Assembly: GCA_964016885.1 (NCBI GenBank)
Contig: OZ024759.1
Span: forward strand, 24,800,001 to 24,864,000
Direction of reading: 5' to 3'
From: Eledone cirrhosa
Taxonomy: Eukaryota
DNA length: 64,000 nucleotides
The notes below the pieces were generated by a model. That model made no database searches, had not been told where the DNA came from, and saw only the letters and a list, made by a program, of their open reading frames with translations. Positions 12,870-25,479 of the stretch are shown piece after piece; within the stretch, counting starts at the first letter, position 1; each line of letters starts with the position of its first letter. The position numbers were made by a program, and so were the translations under genes.

Positions 12870-14825
12870 GGAAGTATCTCGTACTTCTTACAGTTGAGAA
12901 ACAAAAGACGTCCGTAGAGGAAGTATCTAGTTCTTCTTACAGTTGAGAAACAAAAGATGTCCGTAGAGGAAGTATCTAGTACTTCTTACAGTTGAGAAAC
13001 AAAAGATGTCTGTAGAGGAAGTATCTCGTACTTCTTACAGTTGAGAAACAAAAGATGTCTGTAGAGGAAGTATCTAGTTCTTCTTACAGTTAAGAAACAA
13101 AAGATGTCTGTAGAGGAAGTATCTAGTTCTTCTTACAGTTGAGAAACAAAAGATGTCTGTAGAGGAAGTATCTCGTACTTCTTACAGTTGAGAAACAAAA
13201 GATGTCCGTAGAGGAAGTATCTAGTTCTTCTTACAGTTGAGAAACAAAAGACGTCTGTAGAGGAAGTATCTAGTTCTTCTTACAGTTGAGAAACAAAAGA
13301 CGTCCGTAGAGGAAGTATCTAGTTCTTCTTACAGTTGAGAAACAAAAGATGTCTGTAGAGGAAGTATCTAGTTCTTCTTACAGTTGAGAAACAAAAGATG
13401 TCCGAAGAGGAAGTATCTAGTACTTCTTACAGTTGAGAAACAAAAGATGTCCGTAGAGGAAGTATCTAGTACTTCTTACAGTTGAGAAACAAAAGATGTC
13501 TGTAGAGGAAGTATCTAGTTCTTCTTACAGTTGAGAAACAAAAGACGTCTGTAGAGGAAGTATCTAGTTCTTCTTACAGTTGAGAAACAAAAGATGTCCG
13601 TAGAGGAAGTATCTAGTTCTTCTTACAGTTGAGAAACAAAAGATGTCTGTAGAGGAAGTATCTAGTTCTTCTTACAGTTGAGAAACAAAAGACGTCTGTA
13701 GAGGAAGTATCTAGTTCTTCTTACAGTTGAGAAACAAGACGTCTGTAGAGGAAGTATCTAGTACTTCTTACAGTTGAGAAACAAAAGACGTCTGTAGAGG
13801 AAGTATCTAGTTCTTCTTACAGTTGAGAAACAAAAGACGTCTGTAGAGGAAGTATCTAGTTCTTCTTACAGTTGAGAAACAAAAGACGTCTGTAGAGGAA
13901 GTATCTAGTTCTTCTTACAGTTGAGAAACAAAAGATGTCCGTAGAGGAAGTATCTAGTACTTCTTACAGTTGAGAAACAAAAGATGTCCGTAGAGGAAGT
14001 ATCTAGTACTTCTTACAGTTGAGAAACAAAAGACGTCTGTAGAGGAAGTATCTAGTTCTTCTTACAGTTGAGAAACAAAAGACGTCTGTAGAGGAAGTAT
14101 CTAGTTCTTCTTACAGTTGAGAAACAAAAGATGTCCATAGAGGAAGTATCTAGTACTTCTTACAGTTGAGAAACAAAAGATGTCCGTAGAGGAAGTATCT
14201 AGTACTTCTTACAGTTGAGAAACAAAAGATGTCTGTAGAGGAAGTATCTCGTACTTCTTACAGTTGAGAAACAAAAGATGTCCGTAGAGGAAGTATCTAG
14301 TTCTTCTTACAGTTGAGAAACAAAAGACGTCTGTAGAGGAAGTATCTAGTTCTTCTTACAGTTGAGAAACAAAAGATGTCTGTAGAGGAAGTATCTAGTT
14401 CTTCTTACAGTTGAGAAACAAAAGACGTCTGTAGAGGAAGTATCTAGTTCTTCTTACAGTTGAGAAACAAAAGATGTCCGTAGAGGAAGTATCTAGTACT
14501 TCTTACAGTTGAGAAACAAAAGATGTCCGTAGAGGAAGTATCTAGTACTTCTTACAGTTGAGAAACAAAAGATGTCTGTAGAGGAAGTATCTCGTACTTC
14601 TTACAGTTGAGAAACAAAAGATGTCCGTAGAGGAAGTATCTAGTTCTTCTTACAGTTGAGAAACAAAAGACGTCTGTAGAGGAAGTATCTAGTTCTTCTT
14701 ACAGTTGAGAAACAAAAGATGTCTGTAGAGGAAGTATCTAGTTCTTCTTACAGTTGAGAAACAAAAGACGTCTGTAGAGGAAGTATCTAGTTCTTCTTAC
14801 AGTTGAGAAACAAAAGACGTCCGTA
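12870..14825. repeat. 49-bp minisatellite, ~40 copies, intronic
   Basis: Unit agaggaagtatctagttcttcttacagttgagaaacaaaagatgtctgt with few variant positions and no spacers. Confidence 0.95.
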
Positions 14826-14879
14826 TAGAGTTAGTAAGCCATGAAGTGAAAGGAGTTAGGTGACGGGAATAGAGTCATT

Positions 14880-15220
14880 GATAGATGTGAAAAGAAAAAG
14901 AATGAGATGGTTGGATCACATGTTGAGGAAGGATGAAAGTGACTGAGAGAAGGATATATACCCAATGATGAATGTTGTGAAGAGAAAGGAAGTGTGGTAG
15001 TTTGGTCAGATGTTGAGGAAAGTAACTGGGTGAGAGAAGTAGAGTCAGTGAATGAATGTTATGAATAAAAATGGAATGAGATGGTTGGGTCATGTGCTGA
15101 GGAAAGATGAAAGTAACTGGGTGAGAGAAATAGAGCCAGTGATCAAAGTTATGAAGGAAAATGGAATGAGACGGTTGGGTCATGTGCTGAGGAAAGATGA
15201 AAGTGATTGAGTGAGAGGAG
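14880..15220 (+). repeat. Degenerate tandem (~75 bp x4) of a LINE C-terminal remnant
   Basis: Repeated aatgagatggttgggtcatgtgctgaggaaagatgaaagt, which reads MRWLGHVLRKDES (RTE-type RLRWxGHV motif). Confidence 0.6.
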
Positions 15221-15388
15221 TAATGCAAATGCAGAAATTAGTAAGGGAGATGCAGACAATAAGACAAAATAGGGAAGCTTGTCATGGGCCCCACATGGCT
15301 AATCTCAGTTTTAGCAAGTAAAATAGCCTTAAAACATTTGTTGTTGCTATTATAACAGGTGAACAAGTCCTTAAATGTTTCATTACAG

Positions 15389-15525
15389 GTGTGATTGCAA
15401 TGATATGGGCCATAATCTGGCTATGCCTTGTAACAGACACACCAAGTCAACACAAACGAATCAGTAAAATTGAGAGAGATTATATAGTTACTAACTTGAA
15501 GACAGACGTGTCAGATGAACATAAG
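15389..15525 (+). CDS. SLC17-family transporter exon
   Basis: ttacag|GT GTG...AAG|gtaat; (G)VIAMIWAIIWLCLVTDTPSQHKRISKIERDYIVTNLKTDVSDEHK, the DTPxxHxxISxxExxYI motif. Confidence 0.95.
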
Positions 15526-15556
15526 GTAATATATATATATTGTTTTATTCTTTTAT

Positions 15557-15829
15557 TTAACCCTTTAGCATTTAAACCGGTCATATCCGGCCAGAATTCT
15601 CTCACCTCTTTCTGTTCAAACCAACCATAACTGGCCATGGTCATATCCGGCCAAATTCTCTCACCTCTTTTTGTTCAAACTGACCATAACTGGCTGCTCA
15701 TACTGGCATTAAGGTAATAGTATCAAAATCTCATAGATTCAATATTATGTGAGATAATTATGTAAGGTAAAGACTTTACCATGAAAATACAACAGTAAAT
15801 ATAGAGTAATGTAAATGCTAAAGGGTTAA
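15557..15829. mobile_element. piggyBac-like MITE (same family as 9523-9714)
   Basis: TTAA-CCCTTTAGCATTTA...TAAATGCTAAAGGG-TTAA; other copies or fragments at ~29471, ~33930-34100, ~46730-47090 and 59886-60088. Confidence 0.7.
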
Positions 15830-16544
15830 GGATTTAAAACCAACTTGTGGCTTAGGTGAGATTACAATAAATATGACAAAATAAAAAAAAGGAAAGGAAA
15901 GGGGCTGATCGTCTGATAAAGCCAAGGAAAGTAATGTTTTTTTTTTGTTTCCATTGGTCTTTCCATTGCTGAACCGTACAGAAGGATTATACTATGCAGC
16001 GATTATAAGACAAAAAAAAAATAATAAAATACAAAACAACTTGACAAAAACAGTATCCCAAACAAATTATTGTGGTGTCATAATCAAATATAATTGCGTG
16101 TTCATACACATTTATAAGGCCTGTCAATTGTCTACTACGCACAATAACATCCAAATTATTATGAAACATTCAGCAAAGCTAATTGACAACATTGAAACTA
16201 TCCAATTTCCATAAAACCTTTCCTCCAGCCTCTCCCAACTTCTTGAGATTAGTTGCAAAACTATAGCTTCTTTTTTTATCACAACTGTGTATTATTTTCA
16301 CACCCCCAAGGGTCAAATAAACAAGCCTAAATAAATAAATTATGTAAGTATTTAGGATATTTGTTATTTTTGTTGGGGGTTTTTTTGGCATTATAATTAA
16401 TTAAATCGTTATTATTTTTGGTCATTTTAAAGTAAACATCTTTTCTTGTCTGTTGTCTTGTTACACTTTTTTCGTTTTTTTTTTTTCTTAAATAAACTTT
16501 AGTAACGATTTTAGATTTTTTTCATTAGCATCATTTTATTGTGG

Positions 16545-17960
16545 CACCACTTTACAGAGTGTACTGGGTGCGTTTTACCATGACATCAACAGCATCACTT
16601 CATAGAGTGTGCTGGGAGTGATTTATTGTAGTACCAGCACTATCACTAACAGTGTACTGGGTGTGTTTTATCTTAGTACCAGTACTACCACTTAACAGAG
16701 TGTACTGTGTGTGTTTTATCATAGTACCAGTACTACCACTTAACAGAGTGTACTGGGTGTGTTTTATCATAGTACCAACACTACCACTTAACAGAGTGTA
16801 CTGTGTGTGTTTTATCATAGTACCAGTACTACCACTTAACAGAGTGTACTGTGTGTGTTTTATCATAGTACCAGTACTACCACTTAACAGAGTGTACTGT
16901 GTGTGTTTTATCATAGTACCAGTACTACCACTTAACAGAGTGTACTGTGTGTGTTTTATCATAGTACCAGTACTACCACTTAACAGAGTGTACTGTGTGT
17001 GTTTTATCATAGTACCAGTACTACCACTTAACAGAGTGTACTGGGTGTGTTTTATCATAGTACCAACACTACCACTTAACAGAGTGTACTGTGTGAGTTT
17101 TATCATAGTACCAACACTACCACTTAACAGAGTGTACTGGGTGTGTTTTATCATAGTACTAGTACTACCACTTAACAGAGTGTACTGGGTGTGTTTTATC
17201 ATAGTACCAACACTACCACTTAACAGAGTGTACTGGGTGTGTTTTATCATAGTACTAGTACTACCACTTAACAGAGTGTACTGTGTGTGTTTTATCATAG
17301 TACCAGTACTACCACTTAACAGAGTGTACTGTGTGAGTTTTATCATAGTACCAGTACTACCACTTAACAGAGTGTACTGTGTGTGTTTTATCATAGTACC
17401 AGTACTACCACTTAACAGAGTGTACTGTGTGTGTTTTATCATAGTACCAGTACTACCACTTAACAGAGTGTACTGTGTGTGTTTTATCATAGTACCAGTA
17501 CTACCACTTAACAGAGTGTACTGTGTGTGTTTTATCATAGTACCAGTACTACCACTTAACAGAGTGTACTGGGTGTGTTTTATCATAGTACCAACACTAC
17601 CACTTAACAGAGTGTACTGGGTGTGTTTTATCATAGTACCAACACTACCACTTAACAGAGTGTACTGTGTGAGTTTTATCATAGTACCAACACTACCACT
17701 TAACAGAGTGTACTGGGTGTGTTTTATCATAGTACCAGTACTACCATTTAACAGAGTGTACTGGGTGTGTTTTATCATAGTACTAGTACTACCACTTAAC
17801 AGAGTGTACTGGGTGTGTTTTATCATAGTACCAACACTACCACTTAACAGAGTGTACTGGGTGTGTTTTATCATAGTACTAGTACTACCACTTTACAGGG
17901 TGTACTGGGTGTGTTTATCATAGTTTATCATACTACCAGTACTATCACTTTACAGAGTGT
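16545..17960. repeat. 51-bp minisatellite, ~26-27 copies, intronic
   Basis: Unit actaccacttaacagagtgtactg(g/t)gtgtgttttatcatagtacca(gt/ac); produces spurious 17-aa-repeat ORFs on both strands. Confidence 0.95.
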
Positions 17961-18227
17961 AGCCCTTGCACTACCAGTTTTATACAAAAATCTTAAATGT
18001 ATGGAATCTCAGGCAGTAATTAATTTGTGGTTAATCATAAACATTCGACATATTTACTCAAGATTATCTGCAACAAATTATCTTACACAGTTTATTTTTA
18101 CTGTTTTATTACAACTTTTATTACAACTTTTATCAGAATTAAATCTGCACATATATCTGTCTGCCTGTCACTTTATCTGTCTATCTATCTGTCTGACTGT
18201 CTATCCGTCTATCTATCTGTATATCTA

Positions 18228-19113
18228 GGGGATTAGTGGAGGATAAGTGCGATGACGTTCTCGGAGAAACTCTAGGCATCGAGGAGGACGAACTGACCAG
18301 TCTGTTCGGGAGGACTTTCCATCCAGGGCCTATGGATAACTTCCAGGGGTCTCTGGCCCGGCAGTGCTACTGAGGAGCTCTACCAGTTTGAGACAAAATC
18401 TACAGGCACGGACGCCCTGGCAGAGATCCTGCCAAAAAGACCTGTCTAAGATGCGAGCAGGACATCGAAACCGTTCTGCACGCAATTGCTCAGTGCCTAG
18501 GGGTGACCGACCTGTGGAATTATGTCGAACAGCTCCTGTCACGTGTGGGACGCATCCAGTTGTCAGCCGAGTCCATCGTGAGGATGACCCCGCCGCATTC
18601 ATTTAAGAACGAAGGAGAGGTGGTTTTCCTCTGTCTGGTGGCTATGGTGAAAGAGGTAATATGGTGGACAAGGTTAAAAGGACTGAGAGCAAGCACCTTT
18701 CTCTCCGGACAACAACTTATCCCCTTCTTTAAGTATCACTTCAGAAGGAAGGTGAGAGTAGAGAGAGAGGTGCTACACCCCAGTAAATTCGCTGAAAGGT
18801 GGGTGAAAGTGGCGAAAATGGCCCGAGTGAATGGGCCTTCTCTGTATATAAACCTGTAGTTTGAGGAAGGTAAACAGAGGGAAGACAGGAACACCTACAA
18901 AACGTGTTCCTGGTGTTGAGGGTTGTTCTATCCACGGTGTGTAAAACAACCCTGCAGTAACATTCCCCCCTATTGGGGATTTCAATTGTTATTTTATTAT
19001 ATATAGTTTATTGTTATTTATTAATGTTAAAGTTATTTTTATGTAAAACTCCTGCCGTCACGTCTTGTAATGTCCCCTTTTTTGTACGCCCCTGTGGCAA
19101 ATAAAGAAAGAAA
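18228..19113 (+). mobile_element. 5'-truncated L1/Tx1-clade LINE 3' end
   Basis: In frame with ORF 18503-18859: CLRCEQDIETVLHAIAQC (CX2CX8HX4C zinc knuckle from 18443), then LW...KEVIWWTR; 3' UTR ends aataaagaaagaaa; flanked by (TCTA/TCTG)n. Confidence 0.8.
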
Positions 19114-19183
19114 TCTCTCTGTATGTCTATCTATCTGTCTATCTATATATCTATCTATCTGTCTATCTGTCTGTCTATACCAA

Positions 19184-19330
19184 TTCAGAAGGAAAGGAGA
19201 GAGGTGCTGCATCCCAGTAAGTTCACTGAAAGGTGGGTGAATGTGGCGAAGATGACCCAAGTGAATGGGCCTTCTCTGTATGTAAACCTGTTGGTTGAAG
19301 AAGACAAAAGAGGGAAGACGGGAGCACTTA
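19184..19330 (+). mobile_element. Second short copy of the same L1/Tx1-like 3' segment
   Basis: Similar to 18741-18895 (REVLHPSKF.ERWV.VAKM..VNGPSLY.NL). Confidence 0.75.
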
Positions 19331-19790
19331 CTATCTGTCTCAGGGTCTATCTATCTCTCAGACTATCTGTCTGTCTGTCTAATTGTATAGCTGTCTATCT
19401 TTCAACTGATCTCCCTGTCTATCTCTGTCAATCAGTCTGTCAGTCTATTTATCAGTTTGTCTCTGTCTATCTATATATCTATCTCTATGTCTGTCTCTCT
19501 CTCGGGCTGTCTGTCAGTGTTTATCTCTATCTATCAGTGTCTATCTGTCTATTTATTTGCTTGTCAGTGTCTGTCTGTCTCCCAGTCTCTCTGTTTGTTT
19601 ATCTATCTGTTTGTCTATCTGTCTGTTTATCTATCTATCTGTTTGTCTATCTGTCTGTTTGTCTATCTATCTGTTTGTCTATCTATCTGTTTGTCTATCT
19701 GTCCATCTATCTATCTGTTTGTCTATCTGTCCATCTATCTCCCAATCTATCTATCTGTCTGTCTCACAGTCTATCTGTATGACTGTCTCT
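19330..19790. repeat. Degenerate (TCTA/TCTG/TTTG)n microsatellite
   Basis: Visible tetranucleotide array. Confidence 0.9.
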
Positions 19791-20639
19791 CTACACCCTC
19801 TCTTCACCCTATTACTAATATTATGATGAAGCATATCACCATCCTCACCACCATCATCATCGCCACTCTTTATACAACAGCTTTCCCATGCTAGCATGGG
19901 TTAGACAGGACTTTTGATTTTAGTAACTTTTTACAAACTGCAAGCATACAGTATACCTCTTCTAAACCAAATCATTATCCTCATCATCATCATCATCGTT
20001 GTTTAACATCTGCTTTCTTTGCTAGGAAGGGTTGGACTGGTCTACATAGCCCAAGTCGGGACTGAAGCAGAGTTACTGACCTCCCAGACAGGCCAAGGGA
20101 TCTGCATCTTGCTTACGTATGGTCATACATTCTGTCTTTTGACACAAACTGAAAGGTCCTCCCTAACCCTTGTTTGGCAAGCTTTCTACGGCTAGATGCT
20201 TTCTTAGGCACACCAAGTTTCCCAAAGCAAGTTGATATATCATCATCATCATTGTTTAGTGTCCACTTATCCATGCTTGCATGAGTTAGACAGTTCATCC
20301 ACACCGGGAGGCAAGTCTGGTTAAAGTTGGCCATGTTGCACTTTGCTCCAGTGAGGACTAAATTTGGCAGAGTATTTTACAGCTGGATGCCCTTCCTAAC
20401 ACCAACCACTTTACAGCGAGTACCAAGTGCTTTTGTTGTGTAGATCACCAGCAGTAGGGAGGTTGTCATGTCCTTGACACAACTAAAGGGTCCTCTTAAC
20501 TTCTAGTTTGGCAAACTTTCTATAACTAAATGCCCTTCCTAACACCAACCACTTAGTAATTTTATGGTAATGAATATTATGACTGTGATTCTTTGAATGC
20601 TCAGTATAATTCAAATATAATTCTTTTGTTTTGCTTCAG

Positions 20640-20789
20640 AAAATCACCATTCCTTGGCTGTCAATGTTTACATCAATGCCAGTGTATGCCATTATAGTGA
20701 GTAACATATCAGCTGACTGGGGAGTCTATACTCTTCTTACTGGAATACCAACTTACATGAAGGAAGTTCTAAAGTTCGACATAGCGGCT
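20640..20789 (+). CDS. SLC17-family transporter exon
   Basis: cttcag|AAA...GCT|gtaag; KITIPWLSMFTSMPVYAIIVSNISADWGVYTLLTGIPTYMKEVLKFDIAA. Confidence 0.95.
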
Positions 20790-21562
20790 GTAAGTTCACC
20801 ACATTCTACCCACCTCTTACAGAAGTATAGTGTATATATACAGTATATAAATGTTTGTGTGTGTGTATATATATATATATACTAATAATAAAAAGGAAGA
20901 TTTGTTAGGTCTTCATTACATTTTAATAGTGACGCGCATTTCGCTATTGATCAGCTCAAGGTTCGATCTGGCCCGACTCTGGAATCAAAAGTTTGTTAGT
21001 CTTTTTATTATTAGTATTACACTCTGCTTAGTACTACACCTCTATACTTACTGGAAACTACACATTGAGTGCCCACTCTGGTGAACCTACAGTAACTGCC
21101 TACATGCAAATTGTAAATAATATATAATAAATAAAATCATTAGTTTATATACAGTGAAATTCTGTTATAACGAAATTCATGGGGTATAAAAATCAGGTGT
21201 TACGAAATTTATTTAATAAAGGAATTTAATAATGGTTGACACAATCCAAGGGGCTGAAAAGTAGAGAGAAATGTTTAAGACCTGAAAGAAATGCCCTATT
21301 TACACACACATATGTGTGTGTAAATAGGGCGTTTCTTTTCACACATCCTATGTCTATATATATATAGAGAGTGAGAGAGAGAAATACTACAAATTTATAT
21401 CTGTAAGAAAGCTGTTACAATTCTGGCAGAAAAAAAAACTGCATAAAATTTCATAAAGGTCATAAAACTTACTGTTAACAGGTACATTTTTTTTTTTTTG
21501 AAAGATACCAGTAATTCTACATTTCTTAGAAACAGCTGTAAATCTTAATTTTTGTTTTACAG

Positions 21563-21695
21563 AATGGTGCAGCGTCAGCATTACCCTATATCGGTCTATG
21601 GATTCTTATTAATGTCTTTGCCTTTCTTGCTGATTATGTACGGAAGAAGAATATAATGAACACAACCTGGACAAGAAGATCTTTTGATGCTACAG
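21563..21695 (+). CDS. SLC17-family transporter exon (not in the ORF track)
   Basis: tttacag|AAT...ACA G|gtaat; NGAASALPYIGLWILINVFAFLADYVRKKNIMNTTWTRRSFDAT(G). Confidence 0.95.
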
Positions 21696-22427
21696 GTAAT
21701 AATTGTTTCTACGTTTGGCACAAGGTCAGCAATTTGAAGGGAAGGTGGGCTGAACATTGGAAAAATGGATGCTAAACAATAATGATAATATATCAACTTG
21801 CTTTGGGAAACTTGGAGTACCTAAGAAGGTATTCACCAGTATACCAAGTATTTCATACAATATAGTATATATATATAAATACATATATATGCATAAGCAC
21901 AGAGATGACGATGAAGGACCGTGACAAATGGAGAGATGCTGAATAGGACCTATCTCACCCTTGCAAGCAGGGAAAAGTGGACATAAAATGATGATTATAA
22001 TATATATATATATATATCATAATCTTTAATCTGTTATTTTAATAAATATATATATATATATATGTACACATTCTTCTATATATATATATATACACATTCT
22101 TCTATATATAAATTTCTGTGATTCTGTCAGAACATGTCAGAACATGTAAAAAAAGAGGAGTAATTTGACTACCTCATACTACTCTCTCTTTACGTCTGTT
22201 GCCTGCGTGAATGTCTGTGTGTGTGTGTAAAAGAAAGGCAGGGGTCGTGAAAAAAACTATATGAAAATACCATTTCATTTGTTATGCTGTGTATGTGTTT
22301 GTATGAATGTATGTCTGAGTATATTTTTGTAAGTGTGTCTGCACGTTTATATTTATATACTCTTACATATGAATGTATGCATATGCTCATACACACATAT
22401 GCGTGAGCATCTTGAAAAAGAATCCTA

Positions 22428-22492
<65 letters not shown>

Positions 22493-22633
22493 GGTGCTCT
22501 AAAAAGGTAACTCCTGTGAATATCGGAGGTCAACTGATATATGCATACACACTCTTATATATATATTCGTGTGTGTGTGTGTGTGTAAAGTAATTTTTAA
22601 CTATCTTTAACTTTCTTTTTACAAACTTTGCAG

Positions 22634-22875
22634 GAAAATTTATCCCAGCAATTCTTTTAATTGGCCTTGGTTACATGGACTGTCGAAGACCGTACCTAGC
22701 AGTTGGTCTGCTTACACTGGCTGTATCACTGACTGGTCTGCAGTACAGTGGTTTCATAGTGAACCATGTGGATATAGCACCTCCAGTAGCTGGAATACTG
22801 TTTGGAATTTCAAATTCCTTAGCTGCCATCACTGGTTTCATATCACCCTTAGTTACGGCAGCGGTCACTCCAAAT
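22634..22875 (+). CDS. SLC17-family transporter exon
   Basis: ttgcag|GA AAA...AAT|gtaag; (G)KFIPAILLIGLGYMDC...GFIVNHVDIAPPVAGILFGISNSLAAITGFISPLVTAAVTPN, containing the NHxDIAP motif. Confidence 0.95.
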
Positions 22876-23429
22876 GTAAGTATTACTTATTATTTGTTAC
22901 AAGGTGGATTGGCAGTATCGGTAGAGGGTCGGACGCCATGTTTTGTTGCATAGAGTTACGGCCCTTCCCATTCCAAGTTCAAATCCCGCCGAGGTTAACG
23001 TTGCTTTCATCCTTACGGGGTCGATAAAATAAAGTACCAGTAATGTACTGGGATAATTGTTGGCCTTGTGCCAAACGTAGAAACATTTATTTGTTACAAT
23101 GGCGGCAGATTGGCAGAGGGTCGGATGCTATGCTTTGCAGCATAGAGTTACAGCCCTTTATGGTCAGAGTTCAAATCCTGCTGAAGTTAACTTTGCTTTC
23201 CATCCTTACGGGGTCGATAAAATAAAGTACCAGTAATGCACTGTGATAATTGCTGGCCTTGTGCCAAAATTAGAAACGATTATTTGTTACAAGTAACACT
23301 AACACAGCATAATTCAGAATATCGGCATGGGGCCTAACAGTTAGGGTGTTGGATTTGTGATCCTAATGGGTTTGATTCCTAAACCAGGTTGTGCATTCTG
23401 TTCTTTAGTAAAACACTTCATCCTGGATC

Positions 23430-23875
23430 ATGGATACACTAAAGCTCTGACATCTGGCAACTGACTTGGTAAACACCCATAAAATTATCAACCATCTTAC
23501 CAACAACAACCCTAAGCACCTTTTTGAACTCCATGTGTCTAACACACATGGGAATGCCTACAATGTCAGAAAACAGCACAGCTCCCATGACTTTCGGAAA
23601 CATCTTTTCATGCTCACAGTTGCTGAAGCATTTAACAAACTCCTTGCATCAGTTGTTAGCCACCAAGACACTGCAACCTTTAAAACCTCCATGCTTCCTG
23701 AAATTCGCCAACACTGCACCTGATATCCCCCCCTCCATACACATGCACACATGTATATCATGACTCATACACTGCTCACTTTCCTGACATTTATACATTA
23801 TTCTATGTACTATACATGCACCTTTGATGAGTTGTAATGCACCTGAGCACTGTACACAGTAATATCATTATTATT
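23430..23875 (+). mobile_element. CR1/L2-like LINE 3' end nested in a SINE
   Basis: HSSHDFRKHLFMLTVAEAFNKLLASVV plus a shared 3' UTR ending (ATT)n; copies at 44945-45352 and 61918-62200. Confidence 0.7.
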
Positions 23876-24236
23876 TCACATTGCTCCAGTACACTCAGAT
23901 GAAATTAGGTACCAGCTGGGAGGTTTAGTCCTGTGATGAACTAACATCCTGTCCAGTGGGTGGTGAATTTTATATTCTCAGTTGCTTAATGCTGATGCAA
24001 GTGAGATAAATACTAGCCTGGTGAGCCTCAAGGCTTGGGGCAGACTTTATCTATAACAAACAGGCACAGGTATGACTGAGTGGTTAAAGACTTCACTTAG
24101 CAACTACAGGGTTTTCGGTTCAGTCAGACAGCACAGCATTTTAGTTGTAAATGTCTTCTACTATAGTTACATGTTGACTGATACCTTGTGAATGGAATTT
24201 GGTACTGCATAGAAACTGCAGAAGCCCACACATCTG

Positions 24237-24466
24237 TTAACCCTTTTGTTACCATTCCGGCCCAAACTGGCTCTGATTCTATGAAATAAATTAAGGTTTC
24301 CAATTTAAATTAATATCTTCCAACATAATTTTATAAAAGAACCTTACATTAAGTTACTATCTTAGTAATGAAATAATCAATAATTTTAGTAAATCCCACA
24401 AAATTCTTCATTAATTAATTGCAATAGAGGATGTTTCATTAGAAATGCAGTCATGAAAAGGGTTAA
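24237..24466. mobile_element. Second piggyBac-like MITE family
   Basis: TTAA-CCCTTTT ... AAAAGGG-TTAA; related fragments at ~26484, ~29226-29474 and ~60840-61030. Confidence 0.55.
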
Positions 24467-24897
24467 ATATAATTCAACACATAATTAATTATCACACCTG
24501 GTAAAGCTGCTACTTCTCTGAATTGGGAGATCACAGCTCCGATACTTTGGGCATGTGGTTAGAATGTCTCAGAAAAGAATCACTGGACAGATTTTACAAG
24601 CAAAACCAACTGGCAGGAGACCCTGAGCAAGATAGTTGGATAATATAACATCCATGAGGTTGGCTGGTCTTGCTTGGGGATCCAGCTGGATCAGTTGGGA
24701 ACGGTTGCTTCTGAAAGGACCCGCAGGAAGGAGTGTTTGAGGACTCTGTCCCCCCCCCCCCCATTCTGGCTCTCCTCCAATTAATTGGGAGAAGACGACG
24801 AAGAAGGAGACGAAGAAAATGACAATGAAGAAGAAGACATAATTGTAATTAATGAATTAATTAACATTTAACAATTTTGTTTATTCTTGTCTTTCAG

Positions 24898-25086
24898 GGA
24901 ACTCAAGCTGAATGGCAAATAGTATTCTACATCTCAGCTGCCGTCTATATATTTGGTGGTATATTTTACTTGATCTTTGCATCAGGAGAGATTCAACCTT
25001 GGTCAAAAAAATGTACAAGTTCTTCAGAGCCTAAAGTAGTGGAAGTTTCTTTAAATCCTTTGCTATCAGATCCAGCCAAAGTTTGA
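24898..25086 (+). CDS. SLC17-family transporter terminal coding exon
   Basis: tttcag|GGA...TGA; GTQAEWQIVFYISAAVYIFGGIFYLIFASGEIQPW...AKV*. The seven exons sum to 1035 nt in one frame. Confidence 0.95.
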   Translation, partial: GTQAEWQIVFYISAAVYIFGGIFYLIFASGEIQPWSKKCTSSSEPKVVEVSLNPLLSDPAKV

Positions 25087-25479
25087 TCCGGAAACATCTT
25101 TTTTTTTTCTTTAATTTTTTTTTTTTTTTTTTTTGTGATAAAATATAAAAGAAAATAACTGGAAAAACAAACCCCTCCAAAAAAAAAAACGAATAAATCG
25201 AATGAAAAACAAAACTGAAAAAAAAACTTTCCTCAATGCCATTCACGTACGTTCCTCACCTTTAATTCCATAATTTTCCTCCTGTTTTTGTTTTTGTTTA
25301 CTCTTGTTTTTATCTGTTTGTTTTTCATTTAGTAAGCCTTATATCAGACAAGAAGTCTGGCTGTCTGTTGGGACCATGTAAGACAAGAAGTCTTTTGGGG
25401 GCCCAGGCTGGACTAAATGTCTATCTATTTGGACCCATGTCAGACCAGAAGTCTGATGAGCTTCCTATCAAATAAGAAG

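Noticed and set aside
12870-14825. CRISPR-like regular array
   Set aside because: Head-to-tail units without unique spacers, eukaryotic intronic context and no cas genes.
16600-17923. 423/424-aa repeat ORFs on both strands
   Set aside because: The 51-bp unit is a multiple of 3 and lies in an SLC17 intron; it appears SINE-derived and shows no sign of being a gene.
25040-25066. C-terminal dileucine sorting signal (EVSLNPLL)
   Set aside because: The acidic residue is not at the canonical [DE]XXXL[LI] spacing; too weak to call.
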